Of a stretch of 50,287 nt of DNA, positions 45,975 through 50,287 are shown one piece after another. Each line of letters starts with the position of its first letter. Positions within the stretch are counted from its first letter, which is position 1. A model generated the notes under the pieces. The model worked only from the letters and a program-made list of their open reading frames with translations. It did no database searches and was not told where the DNA came from. A program made the position numbers and the translations under genes. This stretch comes from a virus (taxonomy: Duplodnaviria; Caudoviricetes): positions 1-50,287 of IMG/VR virus record IMGVR_UViG_3300024999_000149, one strand, 5' to 3'.

Positions 45975-46580
45975 TTAATTGTTATTAGTTTCGTTATCCA
46001 AATCTTCAAGTTTATCTTTTTTCGGAAACTTAGCCAACTCATCATATACAATTTGGTCTGCCCGATTCAAATCTTTGCCGAATATCTTACCGATCTTTTC
46101 AGCGGCATCCTTTACGGCATAGCTTTCGGCAGCAGGTGCGGCTTTCATCACTGCATCACTCTTTGTTTTATTCCAATCCATTGCTCCGGCCCCCGAATCG
46201 GTTTGAATAGGTGCTGCTCCAACGCCGTCCTGCCACAGCATTCTATCTGAAAGAACATCCTGATAATACAGTCGTACTGTTATTGTCACAGCATTAGCAA
46301 TAACCTGCACGCTCTTTATCTCTACATTCCAGACAATAAATATGGCTGTAAGCAAGGCCTCCACCCTTTCAATAGGCAGATATTCCGTAGGTACTTTTAC
46401 CTTTTGACCGTTAACTACAACCTCTTTTTTTGCAAACGGGTGCTTTTTAAGCCACTCCTTCGGAGGTTCACAATTCAATAAAAGGTTAAGATCATTCTGA
46501 TCCTGCTTAATTGCAAGATCACCTTTTATCAGATCTTCATACTTTGGCAGATGTCTTACTGCCGGTGTGTTCTCACTCAT
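45975..46580 (-). CDS. Single-strand annealing protein (Rad52/Sak-like)
   Basis: YLPIERVE.LL..IF..W.VEI...V.V.L...DGVGA...AES.A.K.AA...G..FG.DLNR; next to the RecE-like gene. Confidence 0.7.
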   Translation of the reverse strand: MSENTPAVRHLPKYEDLIKGDLAIKQDQNDLNLLLNCEPPKEWLKKHPFAKKEVVVNGQKVKVPTEYLPIERVEALLTAIFIVWNVEIKSVQVIANAVTITVRLYYQDVLSDRMLWQDGVGAAPIQTDSGAGAMDWNKTKSDAVMKAAPAAESYAVKDAAEKIGKIFGKDLNRADQIVYDELAKFPKKDKLEDLDNETNNN

Positions 46581-46584
46581 AATT

Positions 46585-47517
46585 TTAGATTTTATGGTTG
46601 TAAAATTCAATTTTCTTTACTGCCCACGGCGGTAGGTTCAGTTCAATATTTCCTGACTTCCACTGGCAGAATACCTGATACCCCGGCCACCGGCCCTCTT
46701 TCAGGCACATATTATACAGTTTCAGGAGTTGTTCATACTCATACCTACCTTGCCCGATAAACTGAGCCGAAGCCTCAAAGATGTTAAAAGCATAAGGCTT
46801 GCGCTTCTCCTGAGCAATAAAGTAAAACGACCAACCCCGGCCGTCGTTGGTGATCATCTCCATAAGATCAGAGTAAAGAGCAGCCTGAATATGATAGCCA
46901 CCGTCAGCCGCCGCACGTGTGAACCCGTCAACCGAAGCATCAAAGGTTGTTTTTAAGTCAATGATAAAATGCTTGTCGGGTCTGATATAATCTGGTCTGC
47001 CCTTTAGGTTAATGTCACCCTCGGTTGTATGAAGAATGCCAGTTATTGACTTCTCTGCTTCACCTTTCGAGAGTAATGCACGGCAATAGTAATGCTGCAT
47101 CAGCTTCTCTTTCATGTCTTTGATCTTCTGAAAGTCGCCTTTGTCAATGGTTTTTCTATCTCCAATAATACGCATTTCACTTTCAGCCCATTGGGTGTAT
47201 TCCTTAGTTGACCGCACTTTCTTTATCTCTTTCCCTTTAGATGCGGCCTTTGCAACTATAGCCTCACAAATACCCTCATCATTAAATACATAATAGTCGG
47301 ATTCAAATCTTTCAGGCTCCAGGATGTAAGTATGATAAGCCGATCCGAAAGCCATAGCATCAGTTTCAACTTCAGCCGGTTCATCTTTGTATTGTTTGTA
47401 ATGTGCTGGTGAAGTTTTAAGGTTCTTCAGTCCTGAATAGGATATGAAGTCTTTCAGGCCGTAGTAATCACCTTCAGGTTTGACGGGTGTAAACCCTGTA
47501 ATAAATTCGCTCTCCAT
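46585..47517 (-). CDS. RecE/exonuclease VIII-like PD-(D/E)xK nuclease (DUF3799)
   Basis: ISYSGLK...SPAHY, FGSAYH...LEP, KGRPD, IIDLKTT, YHIQAALY. Confidence 0.88.
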   Translation of the reverse strand: MESEFITGFTPVKPEGDYYGLKDFISYSGLKNLKTSPAHYKQYKDEPAEVETDAMAFGSAYHTYILEPERFESDYYVFNDEGICEAIVAKAASKGKEIKKVRSTKEYTQWAESEMRIIGDRKTIDKGDFQKIKDMKEKLMQHYYCRALLSKGEAEKSITGILHTTEGDINLKGRPDYIRPDKHFIIDLKTTFDASVDGFTRAAADGGYHIQAALYSDLMEMITNDGRGWSFYFIAQEKRKPYAFNIFEASAQFIGQGRYEYEQLLKLYNMCLKEGRWPGYQVFCQWKSGNIELNLPPWAVKKIEFYNHKI

Positions 47518-47534
47518 AGTTTAAAGATAATGAA

Positions 47535-47792
47535 TTATTTCTTTATTTCAATTCCGTCAACTAAAATTAACTCACCGCACGAGTATGTTCCCGTGCCTTC
47601 ATAGGTCACGCCGTTCCACGTGGTGGTCATAATGTAGTACCCTTCACGTTCTTCAGCGTCGAAGTCTATAAGGTCGCCTCTCTCCCATTCGAGTTTGTTC
47701 CACTTCGGCAGGAAGTCGTCAGGTGTCGCCTCGCTCATTTCTTCTCTGTATAAACTGTCTCTGTTGAGCCAGTGGTTTTCGTAGTCGCTCAT
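47535..47792 (-). CDS. Hypothetical protein
   Basis: 85 aa, acidic. Confidence 0.55.
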   Translation of the reverse strand: MSDYENHWLNRDSLYREEMSEATPDDFLPKWNKLEWERGDLIDFDAEEREGYYIMTTTWNGVTYEGTGTYSCGELILVDGIEIKK

Positions 47793-48085
47793 TTCTCGGG
47801 GGTATAAATAATAATGTCTGAAGGACTAACATATTGGATTAATTTATCGGAAACCCTTTTGCAATTATAATCGCCGTCAAAATCCCTTTTGAGTATCTCT
47901 ACTATTTCCCCAATTTCAAAGCTGTGATTCATGGGCCCACTCTTACCAATAATTGTCCCCAGCTGTTCCGGCACTTCCAGTTCCGGCCACGTTATCCCCG
48001 GTGTGTTCATCAACCCTTCAAACTTCTTTGCTGTTGCCTGCATCTCACTGAGGCAGCCCTGTAACTCTTCTTTAAGTGTTTTCAT
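47789..48085 (-). CDS. Hypothetical protein
   Basis: 98 aa, coupled. Confidence 0.55.
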   Translation of the reverse strand: MKTLKEELQGCLSEMQATAKKFEGLMNTPGITWPELEVPEQLGTIIGKSGPMNHSFEIGEIVEILKRDFDGDYNCKRVSDKLIQYVSPSDIIIYTPEK

Positions 48086-48244
48086 AATGATTTTATTAAG
48101 GTGTTTATTACAAAATACAATGCCCCGATGACTATCAAGGCGGCGGTAGGATTAATCTTTTTCATGTCTCTTCGTTTTAGAATTGTAAATTACGAGAAAT
48201 AAATATCAAATAACAATGACTTTTACCCATGTTTTGAATTATTT

Positions 48245-48673
48245 TCACAAATCCACCATCTTTTTATCCGCCAGAACGCAGTAAACCTTTGCTATCAGTT
48301 CCATCTCAGCAATCTTTGCAAGTAACATCGACGCAAGTTCTTTCTCTTTCTTTACACGTGTTGTTATTACATTGCCGTCGATCCACTTGCTCACGGCTTC
48401 AATGTAGTTTGTGATTCTGGTATCGAATACCTTTTCGGTTTCACGTAGATTATTAATGACCTTAATAGAGTGTATGACGTTGCAATGTTTCTGTCCGAAC
48501 GGTTCACCGAGTTGATTTAAAGTCATGCCGTTGTAAAAGATACTCCCCAGGTAAACGCATATCTGCCGTGCAGTCTTTATCTCTGCTGTACGGCTCTTGT
48601 CAAGTCTCGCCCATCTCCAGTCGGGAAAGCCCTCTTCTTTGAAGATGTACTTACACATATCGGTATAATTCAT
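48245..48673 (-). CDS. DnaA C-terminal (domain IV)-like HTH protein
   Basis: KSR..EI..ARQI..YL......TL..LG..FG..H..VIHSIK.I. Confidence 0.8.
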   Translation of the reverse strand: MNYTDMCKYIFKEEGFPDWRWARLDKSRTAEIKTARQICVYLGSIFYNGMTLNQLGEPFGQKHCNVIHSIKVINNLRETEKVFDTRITNYIEAVSKWIDGNVITTRVKKEKELASMLLAKIAEMELIAKVYCVLADKKMVDL

Positions 48674-48674
48674 T

Positions 48675-48974
48675 TTAAGCTGCCATTAATAGTTTAACAG
48701 TGTACTTATCTACTTCTTTGTCCAAGCTCCTCAGAACGCCTGAAATGTACTTCCTTTTGCGTTGTAGGGCTAAGTATTGATACCGCCTTAACTTAATCAG
48801 CCTTGTCAAGTCAATTAATACAGCACACGGGACAAGCCCTAAGTTCACAAACAGCCCCACGATAGCAGCCGGGAGAACAATAGCAGTTGTCAACTCCTTT
48901 AAATAAGGTTTGTCGCTGATGAAAATCTCAGGCTGGAAGGGGTGACGGGTTAAGATGTAGGTAGTATAGTTCAT
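48675..48974 (-). CDS. Hypothetical membrane protein
   Basis: Central hydrophobic segment. Confidence 0.55.
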   Translation of the reverse strand: MNYTTYILTRHPFQPEIFISDKPYLKELTTAIVLPAAIVGLFVNLGLVPCAVLIDLTRLIKLRRYQYLALQRKRKYISGVLRSLDKEVDKYTVKLLMAA

Positions 48975-48979
48975 GTCTG

Positions 48980-49297
48980 CTACCAGTTAGATCTATCATT
49001 AAAATCACGAGTACTTAATTCCTTCCTCATCTCTTCATTTTCTTTTTGCAATTCGCCTATATATTTAACGGCCTGATTATACTCTTCTCTCTCAACGTAG
49101 TTTTGCATCATCACGGCCTCATTCATAGACGCCTCTCCATAATCGGGGTTGCACAATTCCTCAAACTCGGCTACCTTCATAATCTCATCAGCAATCTTAC
49201 CAATAAGTGGCGTATTTGTTTCGTAACCATATCTCAATCCGTGAAGATATAAGTCAATTAAATGCTTATTGAGTATTGTAATTATCTGCTCCTTCAT
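48980..49297 (-). CDS. Hypothetical protein
   Basis: 105 aa. Confidence 0.6.
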   Translation of the reverse strand: MKEQIITILNKHLIDLYLHGLRYGYETNTPLIGKIADEIMKVAEFEELCNPDYGEASMNEAVMMQNYVEREEYNQAVKYIGELQKENEEMRKELSTRDFNDRSNW

Positions 49298-49315
49298 CTC
49301 TTTGTTAGTTTATAG

Positions 49316-49744
49316 TTAATCCTTAATTTCTGTTACTACCCAAACACCGTCAACCATTTTACGATGCCTGGTTCTGTTCCCTTGTTCATCGGCAAGTGAT
49401 CGTTTCATTCGTGGTGCTTTTGATTTAAGTTGTTTCGGAATCTTCCTATTCCTGCGTTTTAATTTCTTCTTTTTCTTGTTTCTTTTTTTTGAGTGCAGGT
49501 TCTTATGGCATATAACGCATAATGTTTCAAGGTCATCAAGGTGATCTGATTCATCCCCTAAATGCTGATACGTTTTATGATGTACGTGTAATGTATTGTT
49601 ATTGCCTCCGCACTTAATACACTTATACCCGTCTCTCCTTAGTACCAACCTCCTGATTGCTCTCCATTGCTTTGACAGTATGTATTTCTCATAATTAATT
49701 TTACCATCAACCTCATGCCAATCAGCGAAGTCACAATACTTCAT
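49316..49744 (-). CDS. HNH endonuclease (McrA-like, Zn-binding)
   Basis: S.QWR..R..VL.RDGYKC.KCG...LHVHHKTY......L.TLC..CH..LH; basic tail. Confidence 0.88.
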   Translation of the reverse strand: MKYCDFADWHEVDGKINYEKYILSKQWRAIRRLVLRRDGYKCIKCGGNNNTLHVHHKTYQHLGDESDHLDDLETLCVICHKNLHSKKRNKKKKKLKRRNRKIPKQLKSKAPRMKRSLADEQGNRTRHRKMVDGVWVVTEIKD

Positions 49745-49998
49745 TTGTTCAACACTTTAAATTCCTGTCCCGTGTGAGCGTTTGTCACCACCCATCTGCC
49801 ATTTAAGAAGTTAAACAGCAGGTCATGGCTTATAAAGCTCTTCTTACCCTCGGCCTCGGCTTTCTTACACAAGGCTTTTTGCAGTTCGTTTAAAAATATC
49901 TCAGGCATGGCGTACGTTGTTAAGCCAATGATCATAAGCGTCATCAAGATCCCCAAAATAACGGTCAAACACATCTTCATCTTTACGGCGTAATACAT
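49741..49998 (-). CDS. Hypothetical protein
   Basis: True start probably at MPEIF (~49908) rather than 49998. Confidence 0.4.
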   Translation of the reverse strand: MYYAVKMKMCLTVILGILMTLMIIGLTTYAMPEIFLNELQKALCKKAEAEGKKSFISHDLLFNFLNGRWVVTNAHTGQEFKVLNK

Positions 49999-50110
49999 AT
50001 CTCATACATAAGTTTTCGTTAATATACCCATGTATTAAAAGAAGATTATTGTCTGTTAGACACCAGTCAATAAATTCCTTTATATGTGTCTCAAGTACCT
50101 TTTCTTTCAT
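49901..50110 (-). CDS. Hypothetical protein
   Basis: 69 aa; ATG overlaps the stop of the junction-spanning gene. Confidence 0.6.
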   Translation of the reverse strand: MKEKVLETHIKEFIDWCLTDNNLLLIHGYINENLCMRYVLRRKDEDVFDRYFGDLDDAYDHWLNNVRHA

Positions 50111-50161
50111 AGCTTCTTGTATTTACCCGTTTCGTATTCTTTGTACATAGCCCGTCCGTCA

Positions 50162-50287
50162 GCCCTCAACTCTCGAAGCCTCCGCAGGATTGTCCCGTCC
50201 ATAAGGTACTCACGGTTGGTTATCCGTCTTACGGCCCTGATCAGGTCCATGACATTGAAGATGTCCCGTTGTTGATTGTAAGCAAGC
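50162..50287. repeat. Terminal direct repeat (126 bp), copy 2
   Basis: Identical to 33-158. Confidence 0.95.

Noticed and set aside
3138-50275. Remaining plus-strand ORFs and short nested minus-strand ORFs in the track
   Set aside because: They lie antisense to or inside well-supported genes and show no recognisable motifs, unlike the two nested HNH genes.

Overview
The window is an essentially complete ~50.1 kb tailed dsDNA phage genome. Positions 33-158 repeat at 50162-50287, and a 117-aa gene reads cleanly across that junction. Almost all credible genes lie on the minus strand. Repeated TAnnTTTG boxes upstream of genes point to a Bacteroidota host. In transcription order the modules are: early/recombination/replication (RecE-like exonuclease, annealase, SSB-like, ParB-like, DUF1376-type initiator, NinG); an ECF sigma factor; a sugar-modification cluster; packaging (TerS, TerL with two inteins, portal); three more glycosyltransferases; head and tail genes; several carbohydrate-active receptor-binding proteins; and a lysis region containing a metacaspase. 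The standout is a self-contained cassette at ~22860-24520 in the head module. A 314-aa protein with a degenerate N-terminal HNH and an IS110/Nop-type C-terminal domain is flanked on BOTH sides by strictly 36-nt periodic arrays (10 + 5 units; alternating 9-nt repeats and 30 unique 9-nt spacers). This is the architecture of a TIGR-Tas (TasH-like) RNA-guided system, here apparently lacking the HNH catalytic His. Second, each TerL intein stays open in the intein frame while carrying a complete HNH endonuclease gene in another frame. All calls come from reading motifs by eye; no database searches were run.
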